Assembly (NCBI RefSeq): GCF_048593235.1
Contig: NC_133618.1
Span: 494,593,675 to 494,657,674 of the forward strand
Direction of reading: 5' to 3'
Length of the DNA stretch: 64,000 nucleotides
Origin: Sminthopsis crassicaudata
Taxonomy: Eukaryota
The translations under genes and the position numbers were made by a program. Positions 1 to 14,284 of the stretch are shown in pieces. The notes beneath the pieces were generated by a model. That model saw only the letters and a list, made by a program, of their open reading frames with translations. It was not told the DNA's origin and searched no databases. Positions within the stretch are counted from its first letter, which is position 1. Each line of letters starts with the position of its first letter.

Positions 1-466
1 CCCTGGCTATCCTCCATTCTTGGAATGTCCTTCCTTGTTTCCACTTCCTGACTTCCCTGGCTTCTTTCAAACTTAACTCAAATCCCACCTTCTGCAAGAT
101 ACCGTATCTCCCTCCAGGTTAGTATCTTCTCTCTGAGATTATATCAAATTTACCCTGAATCTTTTGTGTACATAATTTGTATGTTATCTACCTGATTAGA
201 TCTTGAGCTCTTTGAGAGCAGAGTATAGGTTGAGATTTGTTTGTTTGGAGGAGGAGGGGTTGTCTTTCTAAAGGAATGTATACAAGAAATACATTTTAGT
301 TCCTAAAGCCTGAATTCAGATATATAATTGCACTTTGTTTAGTACACAGTAGTCATCAATGCCTATGAAAATTGCTTCTTGAGACCTTTGAAAAATAGAA
401 TGTTAATTCAGCAAGCATTTACTATGAATGCCTGTAAGTATACCTTTGTTAGGTATTACAGAAAAT

Positions 467-624
467 GGGGCAGCTAGGTGGCGAGGTGGATAGAGCACCA
501 GCCTTGAATTCAGGAGGACCCAAGTTCAAATCTGTCTCAGACACTTAACACTTCCTAGTTGTGTGTGACCCTGGACAAGTCACTTAACCCTAGCCTCAAA
601 AAAAAAAAAAAAAAAAAAAAAAAA
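467..624 (+). mobile_element. WSINE1-like CORE-SINE, full length, with ~28-nt poly(A) tail and 16-bp target-site duplication
   Basis: Starts GGGGCAGCTAGGTGGCGAGGTGGATAGAGC (tRNA-derived head), contains GTTCAAATC B-box, ends in a pure A-run; flanked by AGGTATTACAGAAAAT at 451-466 and 625-640. Confidence 0.9.
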
Positions 625-915
625 AGGTATTACAGAAAATACAAAGATGATTAAGACATTATCTGTATCCTCCTGATGTTTAGTCTAAGGTTATAGTATA
701 GCTTAGTCTAGAGAGTGCTATGTAAACTTAAAAGGAAAAATATTTTTTGCTGGAGTTATCAAGAAAAGTTTCCTTGGAGAGTAAGCATTGGAACCAGAAC
801 TTGAAAGAAGAGTAATAGTTCAACAGACTTGGGAAGATGGTGCGTTAGTCATAGAAAACAGTAAAAGCAAAGGCACAAAGGTGGGAAAGTCCTAGATATT
901 GTGAAAGGTAACAAG

Positions 916-1600
916 TACAGTCAGTCCTCAATATTCAAGGGCTTAACTTTTTCAACTTCAAACACTTAAAAAATTTTATTCATAACTTCATTTTCACTTT
1001 AGTATTAGCAACCCTAAACATTCCAGGCCATATATGGTAAAGGAAAATGAGAGGCAAAATGGATGAAAGTTTGTGGAGCAGCTGGTATTTTACTAGGTAC
1101 TTCACTGATCTTTTTTGCCCTTCTGTTCTAAAGATAGCTCTTCACATTCATTATATATTTTCATTGTTTACCATTAAAACTCAAGTTTTGGGTTTTAATT
1201 ATGCCTTCAAAGAGTAGTGCATGTTCTTTGGGCACTAAGTTAAAATGTGCAAAGTCACTGATATCACTTAGGAAGGGAAAAAAGGTGTTAGATAAACTTC
1301 TTGTCAGAATGTCTGCAGTTACCATTAGCCCTGAGTTTGGTGTTTGTTGTGATACCAGAGCCACTTGCCAGTGGCTGCTGGAGGTTTAACTCAGATCTGT
1401 AGAATGGATCTGTTCGTGTGAGAAGATGATGATTCACAGCTGTGGAGGCTCTCAAAGAATTGACCTGCCCCTTCACTTAGACATGATCCTTAACAGGTGT
1501 TAATGAATCAATAATTCATTATCTCCACAAAATGGAGAAAATGTTTATGGTATTATGGATTTCATGTGTTATATAAAGTGAATATTGTCAGAAGTCATTA
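916..1600. mobile_element. Possible Tigger/MER-type (Tc1-mariner/pogo) DNA transposon remnant
   Basis: TA followed by CAGTCAGTCCTCAATATTCAAGGG at 916-941 resembles Tigger-family terminal repeats. The right end is not clearly recovered (only TGAATATTG near 1580), so the right boundary is a guess. Confidence 0.3.
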
Positions 1601-3306
1601 GGTGTTTTTTGTTGTTGATGTTTTTTAAAGAATTGTATGCAGAAAGTATTTTCAGTGATTTGTAGTAAGAGATTACAGTTTTAGGTGGTCACCACAATTT
1701 TAACCTCCTGTTTCCCAAAGATTAAATTAATCAACATTCAAGTTTTTGACTTTCATACCATTTTCTAGCAAAACTTGCAAAAGTTGAGCATTGGCTATAT
1801 TGCAGGTTAGCTAAAATGTAACAAAAGTGAAGTCATAGAGTAAGAGAAGGTGGAAAATGTAGCGGTTACCATATAGTAGAAGATCTTGAATACCATACTA
1901 AGGAGTTTGGACTTAGTCCTCTCTATAAAGAAAAACACATGAAAAGTTAAAGAATAAAACAGCAATTCAAGATATCAAAAGATAGTATATGATTAAATTA
2001 TAAAAAGTATCCTTAATTCACAAAAAAGAAGAGTCTCCTTATAGCAAGGGTTTACTAAGGTTTACCAGGAGCCTGGTATTTGAAATAATTAGATAAGATC
2101 TGGATGTGTGGAAGAGGGAGTTTCTGTGATGACAATTGGGAGTCCTGTAATCTTTCTTATACAATAGTTTTCTATATTTAGAGAGGAAAGATGGTGACTC
2201 CAGAGGGAACTAAAGAGTGAGAAAATGGGCAGATAATTAATAGCATTGATCATAATACTTTACTTGTGCATTTTCCTTGATGCTATGATCCTCTGCTTTA
2301 GGCCTTGTGACCAAATCTTAAGTAGCCACAGATCAACAGAAATTAAATGAAGGATCCCATAGAAAATGAAAGATTGAGAATTGCTATATTCTATACTATA
2401 TCAAGAGAATTAGAGATAGGTCCACACTGGGCTGAGTGGATTTTTTGTGGGAGATCATGAAAAAGAGGCATATATAACATTAGAAGGCTTGGATGGGATG
2501 GGCTCTGTACATCAAAAGGAAGAACTGAAATTTACAGCTAAAGAAGCTTAAGATCTAAATAGTAAAGTGACTTATCCACAGTGGCAGAGCTAATATGTGA
2601 AATATCAGAGCTGAGACTCAAAACTGGTTTAACATCTTTGAAAGGGATATGAGAGAAATGAATCAAATTCAGAGTTCTTGGCCTGGTTTTAGAATTCAGA
2701 ACTAGAGCCAATGGATGGGAGACATAAGGAAAAAGATTTTAGCTTCATAGAAAAGAAAACCTTCCTTTCTATTTGAGCTGTCCCAAAGTAAAATCATCTG
2801 TCCCAGAAAGAATTAAGTTCCTTGTTCTAGAGGTCTATGAGCTATATAGCTCTCTGGCAGTGATGATGTTAAAGAAAATTGAGTCTTGGGGTAGGAAAAT
2901 AACCTGGATGACCTATGAAGTCCTTCCTGCACTAAGTTTCTAGAATTATTTCTATCATAGCACATTAGATCATGCTAATAAGAACTAATAGACTTTACCT
3001 CTCTGTACCTCAGTGGTTTGTTTGGGTTTGTTTGTTTGGTTTTTGTTTTGGTTTTGGTGGGGTGCAGAATGGGGAAGCTTAGACTAACTTATCTCTAAGA
3101 TTTCTTCTAGTTCCTAGCCTTCTGTATCATAACTTCATTAGCACTATTTGTTTATACTTTCTTTCAATGGCATTGACACTGCTTTAGCTGTGCCATCTCT
3201 CTTTATTTTCATATTGCTTGATATTGATATTCTTCAGTTCTTTGACTGCCCTCCTAGGATTTCCTAGGATGTTGCCTCCTTGGTCTTTAGATGTAAGGAA
3301 ATCTAA

Positions 3307-5346
<2,040 letters not shown>

Positions 5347-5850
5347 GGCACCTAATAATGCCAAAGACCTCTTTAGAAAGGAGAACAGGAGTGGGACTAG
5401 CATACACCAAAGCCCCTCCTTTCTTCTTTTGTCTTGTTTCATCTCTATCTATCTCATGCCAGGCAAGGCAATTGATGAATTGGGAGATGAGACCCCACTT
5501 TTGTCCTTAGTTGGTCAGTACCACTGGTGTGTCTGTGCCCTTATACATGTGACTAGAAGTTGGGCTGGCCCTCAGGATTCGGAAAGGGCCTAAATGCCCT
5601 ATTTCTTTTCTTGTCATCTTTCTTGTTCCCAAGGTTGAATGTGTTCAATGTTGTGTTCCTGTTGAGGGATTTCTTACACAGGTCTGTAACTACCCACTCT
5701 GAGGCTGAAACTCCTATCTCCTATCTGTCTCCACACAGATCTACTTTGGGACCTAGCAAGGGAGCTGTTCAGAAAAGGAGAAAAGGTAGTTTCTGGATGT
5801 TGCTGCTATACAGAGATTCTGTCACTATACCTGTCCTTTTTTGCAACATT

Positions 5851-5856
5851 AATAAA
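5851..5856 (+). terminator. ZSWIM3 polyadenylation signal
   Basis: AATAAA about 500 nt after the stop codon, followed by a T-rich tract. Confidence 0.6.
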
Positions 5857-6110
5857 AGTTTTTTTTTTTTTTAATAACCCGTTTATTTGCTTTATAAATA
5901 GAAACAAGGAGGAGCCTTAGTGCTAATTAATTAGGATATCATTAGATCTTATGCAGAAAGAATTTTAGAAGTCCAATCCAATCTCATTTGAAGAATCACT
6001 AGTAGGAAAGGCCTGGTTTCTTAACTTTTAACACTTAATGTCGAGGGACTATGGGAAAATTATTTAACTTCTCTAAGTCTCAGGTTCCTTAACTATTAGA
6101 CTAATAATTC

Positions 6111-6175
6111 CCCCCCCCTCTCCTGAGGCTGGGGTTAAGTGACTTGCCCAGGGTCACACAGCTAGGAAGTGTTAC
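6111..6175 (-). mobile_element. 5'-truncated WSINE1 with oligo-G tail and 16-bp TSD
   Basis: Reverse strand reads TAACACTTCCTAGCTGTGTGACCCTGGGCAAGTCACTTAACCCCAGCCTCAGGAGAG followed by a G-run; flanked by ATTAGACTAATAATTC at 6095-6110 and 6176-6191. Confidence 0.85.
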
Positions 6176-7074
6176 ATTAGACTAATAATTCTTAAGGAGT
6201 TAGTAGGATTGACTAATGCTGCACTTGTATCCAGAAAGATCTGAAGCCTCCGACAATAGTTCTCTGAGCATGGACTCTAACCATAAATGATTCGTATTTA
6301 GAAGAATAGGTTTAGTAGGGCAGAAAGAGCTATGATGGTGGCTATTGTGATGTTACCATTGGTAATAAGTTCTTGCAGAATGAGTCATTTAGGCTTCACT
6401 TCTTAGGTAACTGAGAACTTAAGCTTCTAATAACTATTTAATATTCTGATGAGAGTCATACCAAGAAATCACAGCTTTTTGCCAGACCACACAGACTTGT
6501 TGGGAGAAGTTCTTGAAAATCTTCATGTGCTATAGAAATGTGAATAATTCACATGACACAGATCTGGGGAGGGAAAGTGGCTCAAAATTACTAATTCCTA
6601 TCAGAAGACATGTAGATCTGATGGATCAGGCCATTTTTGGAGATCTTAATCACTTAGGAGCCATTGATTTATAAGACAGGATATGTGTGTAGTGGTCTCT
6701 TTGAAGTTTCTAATTCTCAGTCTTTAAATGGTGTAGAACAGCCTTTCACTCAGAGTTCAACAAAATCCTCATAGTTCGGATCACTACTTTATTATTTAGC
6801 TATTATCTCAGAATTATGAGATCCTGGCAACCTGGGAATCCGTGAGGTCTAGAACTTATTTCATGCTTTGTCATAAATGACTCTAAAGGTAGGTATCTAC
6901 ATAACACCATCAGTCTAACTAGTTCAGCTCCTGTTCCTTTTGTACTTATGCAGAGTTAATACCTATTTAAGCAAATATACTCTTTTCCCATCTTTCCCTA
7001 CAATTTATCCTTGTCCTGTCCCTCTATAGCATCTTCTGCTTTCATTTGTCCCTCTGAAAGTCTTTGTAGTTGTT

Positions 7075-7218
7075 TTTGTTTTTCAAAGCAGTAGGGGTTA
7101 AGTGACTTGCCTAAGGTCACATAGCTAGTAATTATTAAGTATCTGAGACTGGATTTGAACTTGGATCCTATTGACTTCAGAGTCTGTTATCTATCCACTT
7201 TGCCACCTACCTGGCCCC
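7075..7218 (-). mobile_element. WSINE1-like SINE (older copy)
   Basis: GGGGTTAAGTGACTTGCCTAAGGTCACA...GGATTTGAAC...TATCCACTTTGCCACCTAC, the reverse complement of the SINE at 467. Confidence 0.75.
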
Positions 7219-9759
7219 AGTCTTGCAATTGTTAACTTGCTTCTCTTAATTCTGGTACTCTTCACTTTGGGCTTTCAGGAACTCCTTAGCTACCCTTTGC
7301 AGCAGATACTCCTTTCATTCATTGAACTAGACTAGTTAGTAGGAGATGGCATGTACTTTACTCCTCACTGCCACTTCCAGATCATTCCTTTGTCACCATC
7401 ACTCAGCATCCTATTCAGAATGTTCATTCCATCCATGATTATCACCCAACTTGTTGCAGCTATTTGCTGACTTTCTGGTTATTCTCCCTGCTTTCTCTTG
7501 TTCAATAACTGGTTTTTAGTCTTCCTTTTCACTATAACCTCTACTTTCATATTTTTCTAATTAAAACATTTACAGTAATGTCTTCTCTAAGTACTGAGTT
7601 TATAGCCCTCCTAAAAATCTTTTCTCTAATTCATTCCATTGTCTCACCTCCATGATCCAGAATTCTGAAGTTCCTCTACCTAATCATAATGTATTCTTCC
7701 ATTTCTCCTTGTGTATCTTTCCTAAACTTAATCTTCATTCTCATCACAACCTCATGTTAGTTGCTCCCTTAAAAGTTTTGACTTTCTAGTTGACCATATG
7801 CTGTCAGCTGCTTGTCTCCCACTTTATTGGGAATACAGGTAGAGAAGTAAATAGGTACAAAATATTATAAAGCAATTTTAAGGGGATGGGGTAAAGATGA
7901 GGCAGTGGCAGAAAAGACAGAGAGTAAATCAGAAAATACCAGTTAAATTTGACCAAATGCCAAATTTGTGTCATTCCGCTATTCTCTTAGATCATTCTCT
8001 TTCTCGCTTCCTGTATAAGCAGTACTTAGTTGGAGGAATTCATGCAATTGCTAATTATGTTCACTAAAAGTTATCTTAATATACACACAACTATATTTTT
8101 TCTCCCAATTGATAAATGAGCAAAGAAAAACAAAGTAAAACTAAGCTATATGGTAAAACAAATTTCTGCATTGACCATATCCAAAAATTACATGTCTCCA
8201 CTTTCTGAGCCTTTTATCTCTCTCTGGAGGTAAGTAGTGTCATCTGGAATTGTGACTGGTGATTGCTGTAATAAGAGTTCTTAATTCCTTTTGTTTTGGG
8301 TTTTGTTTTTGTTTTTGTTTTTTTTTTAGATTTTAAAAATTCTTTCAGAATTGTTCATCTTTACCATATTGTCATATAAGTTGTTCTGGTTTTGTTTACT
8401 TCATTCTTCATCAGTTCATATAAAGTTTTCCCAGGTTTCTCAAAAACTATCCCCTTGATCATTCCCCCTATTTATGTATACCTTCCCTTAAGATTCCAAT
8501 TTTCCACCTCAAAAAGAACTATTAATATTTTTGTAGAACTTGAGTTTATTTTTGCTTTTTTGTTTTCTTTTCCCCTTTAATTCTTCCCCTTTTTCTGCTT
8601 ATTTTCCTGTTGAGTAAAATGCATTTATACCCAACTGTGTGTACATATGTATTTTCCCCTCCTTTGATTAGTTCAGATAAGAAATCTTTAACTTTCCAGT
8701 TTCCTATTCTTCCTTCAGCAAAGAATGTTGCCTCATTTACTGGAAAAATAAGTTTGTTGCCCTCATCTCCCTCACTCCAGGCTTTAGAAAACCCTGTTTA
8801 TCCCACATTTTCATCTTTATTCCAGTCTCCTCTAGAGGCTGTGATGCTCAGAGGGGACTTCCACTCTTCCTTCACAAATCCCACAGTGGAGCCAGTTATT
8901 AATCATTACAAAATCACATACTGAACATGCTTCTAGCCTTCAAACAAGGTCCATGTGTCATCATTTTTTGTGTATATTCATTCCCTCCACCACAATCAAA
9001 GCTGGCTTTAGGATTTGAAGTTAAATCAGTACTATGATCTCTTCTGGAAAGAATCTATCAATTTGCTTTCTAATTGGTCAAGTCAATATGCCTGTGACTA
9101 CTTTGATTGAAACTCCCCTATGTGTTGTCTTCCCCATCAGAAGATAAGCCAAAGGAGGGCAGGAACTATCCCAGTTTTGCATCTGCGCTTAATATAGGAG
9201 CACATAAGTGCTTAATTGTCTCCCTGGGTCTGACAAGGTGGGCTTCTACTATTTGTAATCTTGATTCTTCCCCATTGCCTTTTTAAAATTTTTTCTTTTT
9301 CTTTGCTTGTCTTTAGTCTCTCCTCTACTTTACTTTCTATAACCATGGCTAGATTCTTTACCTGCCCCCTTCTTTAAACCTCTACTTAATCCTACTATCC
9401 TAATCCTTTTAACTTAAACTTGGAGGTTCCCATTAGTGCAAATAGAGAATCCTCTGAAGTGGTTACATGCATTTGAATTCACACCATTTGAAATCATAAT
9501 TATGTAAAACATCTTACCCAGTTCTAGCCTAGTAAAAATAGGCAAACTCCTATAAAGGGTTGCCTTTATCTTTTCACTGTGTAGTCACTACATAGTACCT
9601 TGAAATTTGGCTTCCGGAAAACACATCATTTAAAATTCCTCTCTCCATAATAATGATATATTTTTTCTTTTGTCCCTTCCACTCAATATTGATTTGGGGG
9701 GGGGGGTAGGGGGTGAAGAGTAGGTGGAGAAAAAAAAATATTCTATAATAAACTAGGAA

Positions 9760-11080
9760 TTTCCAAATACGTAAATATAGTTTTCAACATTTTTGTAAAA
9801 CAGTGTTCCAAATTTTTCTCCCTCCCCAAGACAGCAAGCAATCTGATGTAGGTTAAATATGGGCAATCCTTTTAAATATACTTCCATATTTGTCATGTTG
9901 TGTAAGAAAAACAAACAAACAGATGAAAATATCATGCTTTAATCCACATTCAGTCTCCATATTCTCTCTACATATAGCATCTTTCATCCCAAGTCTATTG
10001 AAATCATTTTCAATTACTTCATAGTTAAGAATAACCAAGCCTGTCACAATTGATCATTACATAATCTTGGTAGAATGTACAATGTTCTCCTGGTTCTGCT
10101 CAATTCATTCAATGTCAATTCATATAGGTCTTTCCAGGCCTTAACATTTACATACCATAATGTATTCAGCTATTCCCCAACTGATGGGCATCCATTCAGT
10201 TTCCAGTTCCTTGCCACTACAAAAAGAACACACACATTTTTGCACATATAGGTCCTGTTCCTTTTTTTATGATCTCTTAGGGATGCAATCCCAGAAGTGG
10301 GATTGCTAGGTCAAAAGATATGCACAGTTTTATAGTACTTTGGGCACAGTTCCAAATTGTTTTCCAGAATGGTGAGTCATTTCATAATTCCACCAAGAAT
10401 GTATTAATGTTCCAGTTTTCCTACATCTTCTCCAACATTTATCATTATCTTTTCCTGTCATTTTAGCCAATCCGAGAGGTGTGAGGTTGAATTGTTTTAA
10501 TTTATATTTTTTTAATAATAGTGATTTAGGGCATTTTTTCATTATGATTATAGATTACTTTAATTTCTCCATCTGCAAATTGTTCATAACTTTTGAACAC
10601 TTATCAATTAGAAAATGACTTACATAAAATACTGAGTCAAATTTATAATATATTAGAAATGAGGTCTTTATCAGAAAACACTGGCTATATAAATTGTATC
10701 TCAGCTTTCTGCTTCCTTTCCAATCTTGGCTAACTTGGCTTTGTACAAAGTCTTTTGAATTTAATTTAAGCAAAATTATCCATTTTGCATTTCATAATGT
10801 TTTCTAGTTCTTTGGCCATAAATTCTTCCCTTCTCAACATATCAGACTTTTACTCTAATAATTTGTTTATGGTAATATTCTTTGTATAAATCATGAACCT
10901 ATTTTGACCTCATTTTGGTTTAGGATGTTAGATGTTACTGCCTAATTTCTGTCATACTATTTTCCAATTTTCCCAGCAAGTTTTTTCAAATAGTGAGTTG
11001 GTATCCCAGAAGCTGGAGTCTTTTGGTTTGTCAAACACTAGATTACTATAGTTATTGACTATTGCAAATAATCTAATTCC
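9760..11080 (-). mobile_element. 5'-truncated, decayed LINE-1 (ORF2 C-terminus plus 3' UTR)
   Basis: Minus-strand translations YSNLVFDKPKDSSFWDTNSLFEKTCWENWKIV and KCWRRCRKTGTLIHSWWN match the L1 ORF2 C-terminal region; marsupial L1 3' UTR near 9760-9900. Boundaries approximate. Confidence 0.85.
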
Positions 11081-11189
11081 TAATCTAAAACTTCTACCCC
11101 CAAAGAACATTTCCACCATAATGCTCCTTCCTGCCCCACTGAAGGATTCCTTCACCCCCATCCAAGGTTTCAGACCAGGTAAGAACAGT

Positions 11190-12183
11190 TCACACTCCTA
11201 TCTTTACTTACTCAACCTCTTTGGGGTTCAGCTCCTGGGCCCTCTTCATTTTTAAATCTATTCACATATAGGCAGAGGAGCCACTGCACCATTATGTTGA
11301 TCCGAGGAAGTTTTTCATCCCAAAGATTAATAGATCTATTCATATATTCAGAGAATAGCCATCTGGGTGCAGGGTTTGGAAATGCTTGATATGTATTGTG
11401 ATTAGAAGTCCAGGTCCATCATATAGTCAATGGAAGAGCCAAAGAGGCCACCCAAGATGCCATGCTTTAGAAGTGGACACTTCCAGCTTGGTGAAGGCCG
11501 TCAAGATTTATAGCTCTCTAAGCAGCCGCAGGGCACAGGCAAAAAGAGAAGACAGGTGTTGACATCATAGACCATCGGGCATAAGATGCTGTGGTCCACT
11601 GCCAGCAGCACATTCTTGTTGTGCATGGCGCTTAGGGAGATGGTGAAGTTGACTGAACAGCATACTGAGACAAAATAGGTTTTGTGTAGAAGCAATGATA
11701 CCCCAGACAGATTGAGCATAAAAAGAGTGGTCAGTTTGAACTACAGGGAAACAAGATATTGGAAGCAATGATAGCTAATGGCCCACCTTGCAGAAAGCTA
11801 CCCCAGCATACTTTAGACAAAGGTTCTTGGAGGTGATCATGACAATGAAGATCATGGAGAACGATGTCCCAGAAAAACTTCATGTGCATCTGCACAGAGG
11901 GGCAATGCACAGTGCTGGCCACAGCTGGGAATTTTGCAAAGGAGGATGATCACCAGACAGTAGTAGAAAATGTCAAAGATCAAATAGTCCAGATGAAACT
12001 AGAGACGGTTCATCAGTTTTTTTCAAGAAGACCATGAACACAGAGGTGAACTAGTAAAGGGACAGCACCAGGTCAATCTGCATTGTCCTCAGTAAAAATA
12101 ATTTCTACTCTGACTCTCCCTTTACTGATGGCTCTAAGGATCTTCTAAGGTCCAGGAACTTTTTTAGGGGAGGTTCTGTACAT
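11190..12183 (-). pseudogene. SLC35C1: Processed pseudogene of SLC35C1 (GDP-fucose transporter 1)
   Basis: Stitched minus-strand frames: GCCATG at 12183; FLLRTMQIDLVLSLY*FTSVFMVFLKK (human [27 protein letters not shown]); HLDYLIFDIFYYCLVIILLCK ([21 protein letters not shown]); MITSKNLCLKYAGVAF (MITFNNLCLKYVGVAF); VLLAVDHSI...VNTCLLFLP (VLPAVDGSI...VNACILFLP); LGGLFGSSIDY (LGGLFGFAIGY); PKEVE*VKIGV* (PKDSEKSAMGV*). Multiple stops and frameshifts, no intron. Human sequence from memory. Confidence 0.9.
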
Positions 12184-12659
12184 GGCAAAGATGAGAAAAA
12201 TTAAAGTCATTTGTGCAGTCTAGAAAGTTGGGTCCAGGGACTGATCCTTAGGAGAGGTGGGTAAAGGGAGAGGCTGGTGAAAAAGGGCAGAAAGTCTTTG
12301 CATTATGGGAGAGATGATGGGACACCAATGTTAGAAATGAGTAATTTCATAAAATCATAGAATGTTAAAAGTGGAAGGAAATCTTAGAACAGAGAATACA
12401 ATATTGGATCTGGAGGAGATTCTAGAATGGACATCACAAAATAGCATAGTGGAGACAGGGAATGTTAAAATCTTGGGGGATCCTTAGCTTGAAGAATGTT
12501 AAATAACAGGATGTTAGAGACTAATAGTTACCTTATAACAAAGAATATTAGAAAAATCAAGATCTTGGAATGTAGACTATTATAATTTAATTGTAGAATG
12601 TTAGAAATAGAAATAATCTTTTAAAAAATAGAATGTTTAGAGCTATAGTAAAGGAAATG

Positions 12660-13102
12660 TGTAATGTGCTGTTGTCTCCAGAAGCTGCCAATCGCTCTCT
12701 GGGGGGAGATCTGCTGTGTCAACTCAGATCTCTCGGACAGATTCTTTTTCCTGTAGAGAACCATTGTCTCCAGGCAGTTGCCGTTAACTCTCATCCAGAG
12801 AAGTGATTTCCCTTCCTGCAGAGAGCTGCCTCAAGTCTTGTCTAGAGCAGAGACTGACTTTTTCCTCCAGAGCTGCCCTCTTTATCCTCCCAAAGAATGG
12901 GCGTGGGATAATGCAAGGGCTTCTGGGAAGAACCACTTCAACCAATGAGCTTGCTCCTCCTAAGCATGCAAGCTCTTCCCCAGGAATTCACAAGTCAAAC
13001 TCCCAGGAAAGGCCAGAACTAGAAAATTGTTAAGTACCGACTTAGCACTTAGTAAGAACCTAATATCTCATTATCTCATTAGCACTTAGTAAGAACCTAA
13101 CA
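12660..13102 (-). mobile_element. Solo ERV LTR (443 bp) with 6-bp TSD
   Basis: TG...CA termini (TGTAATG...CCTAACA); GAAATG directly repeated at 12654-12659 and 13103-13108; internal 22-bp repeat TTAGCACTTAGTAAGAACCTAA at 13042-13063 and 13079-13100. Orientation inferred from a CCAAT box (12942-12946) followed by a minus-strand TATA-like GATAAA (12886-12881). Confidence 0.8.
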
Positions 13103-13214
13103 GAAATGTAATATTAATTTTCTTTTAAAAATATTTAATGGTATTTTATTTTTTCCAATTTCATGTGAAGTCAATTTTCAAAATTTTAAATCACTTAGTG
13201 CAGTGCCTGCTATA

Positions 13215-13440
13215 TAGTTGTTCAGTTGTTTCCATCATGTCTGATTCATGACCCCATTTGGTGTTTTCTTAGCAAAGCTACTGAAGTGGTTTGCATTTCT
13301 TTTTTTGGCTTATTTTATAGATGGCGAAACTGAAGCAAGAAAGGTAAAGTGGCATGCTCAGGGTCACAAAACTAGTTAAGTGTCTGAAGTCAAATTTGAA
13401 TTCAGGTCTCCTTGACTTCAGAAGCTGCTGCTCTATCCAG
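13215..13440 (-). mobile_element. CORE-SINE with RTE-derived tail (MAR1/WALLSI-like)
   Basis: CATGACCCCATTTGGTGTTTTCTTAGCAAAG...GAAGTGGTTTGC...GGGTCACA...TTTGAATTCAGG; same family as other copies in the window. Confidence 0.65.
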
Positions 13441-14284
13441 GTAATTAAATCCCTTGTTCCCTCCTTCTAGACACCTTATACCCTTTTCTTGTCTCATCTC
13501 CACGGTTCTGCTTTGATGTTCACGAATTCTGAAATTCTCTTATTTGATTACATTGTCATTTTACCTCCACCTTTGTCTTGCAAACCCAAATCCCATTCTT
13601 TGTTCTCCCTGAAACTTCTCATCTTAATCCTTCCACTCCTCAGGTCTTTTCCAGACCATCAGCTTCTACTGGCTACACTCATCAACCTTCCCCATCTTTA
13701 TTCCTTGATGAACCAGTTCAATAGCAAACTTTCCTCTTTTGAATTTTACTTCCTTATATTGCCAATCTTGTCTTGCCTGGCCACAGCCTTGGATTTATGG
13801 CAAATTAAGAGCTCAAGAGACATAGTTTCTGTATAACTAATAATAAATTTAATTATGGTTAGCAAATAATCAATAAACTGAGTCCAGTGGCTCTGTAAAA
13901 ACAGACACCCAATTACACTGACCTTGTTCCTCACACCTCTTGACTCTGACCATTTTCACTGACTGTCCCACATTCTTGGAACACTCTTCTTTCTTCATTC
14001 TGGTTTTCCTGGTTTCCTTCAAACCTCAATTAAAGTCCTTTCTTCAAAGCAACTTCTTTGAGAAGCCTTTCTTAATTTTAGTGCCTTTCTTCCAAGATTA
14101 TCTTGTATATCTTATTTGTATATAACATATTTGGCTTTCCTATTAGATTGTAAGCTAATTGGAGTAGTTTCTGTGTTTTTGTTTTTGCCCTGTCTTTGAA
14201 TCTCCAGCACTTAGTGCCTGGCACATGTAGGCACTTAAATGCTTATTTGCTTTTTTTTTGGGGGGGGTAGTGTGTGTGTGAATG

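Noticed and set aside
467-560. tRNA-like A/B-box sequences here and in many other SINE heads
   Set aside because: tRNA-derived SINE promoters; no cloverleaf or anticodon arm, so not tRNA genes.
12330-12655. Degenerate repeats of AGAATGTTAGAA (similar at about 43790-43930 and 48050-48170) that superficially resemble a spaced array
   Set aside because: Irregular spacing and poor identity; consistent with decayed CR1/L3/MIR-type tails. CRISPR is not applicable to this eukaryotic DNA.
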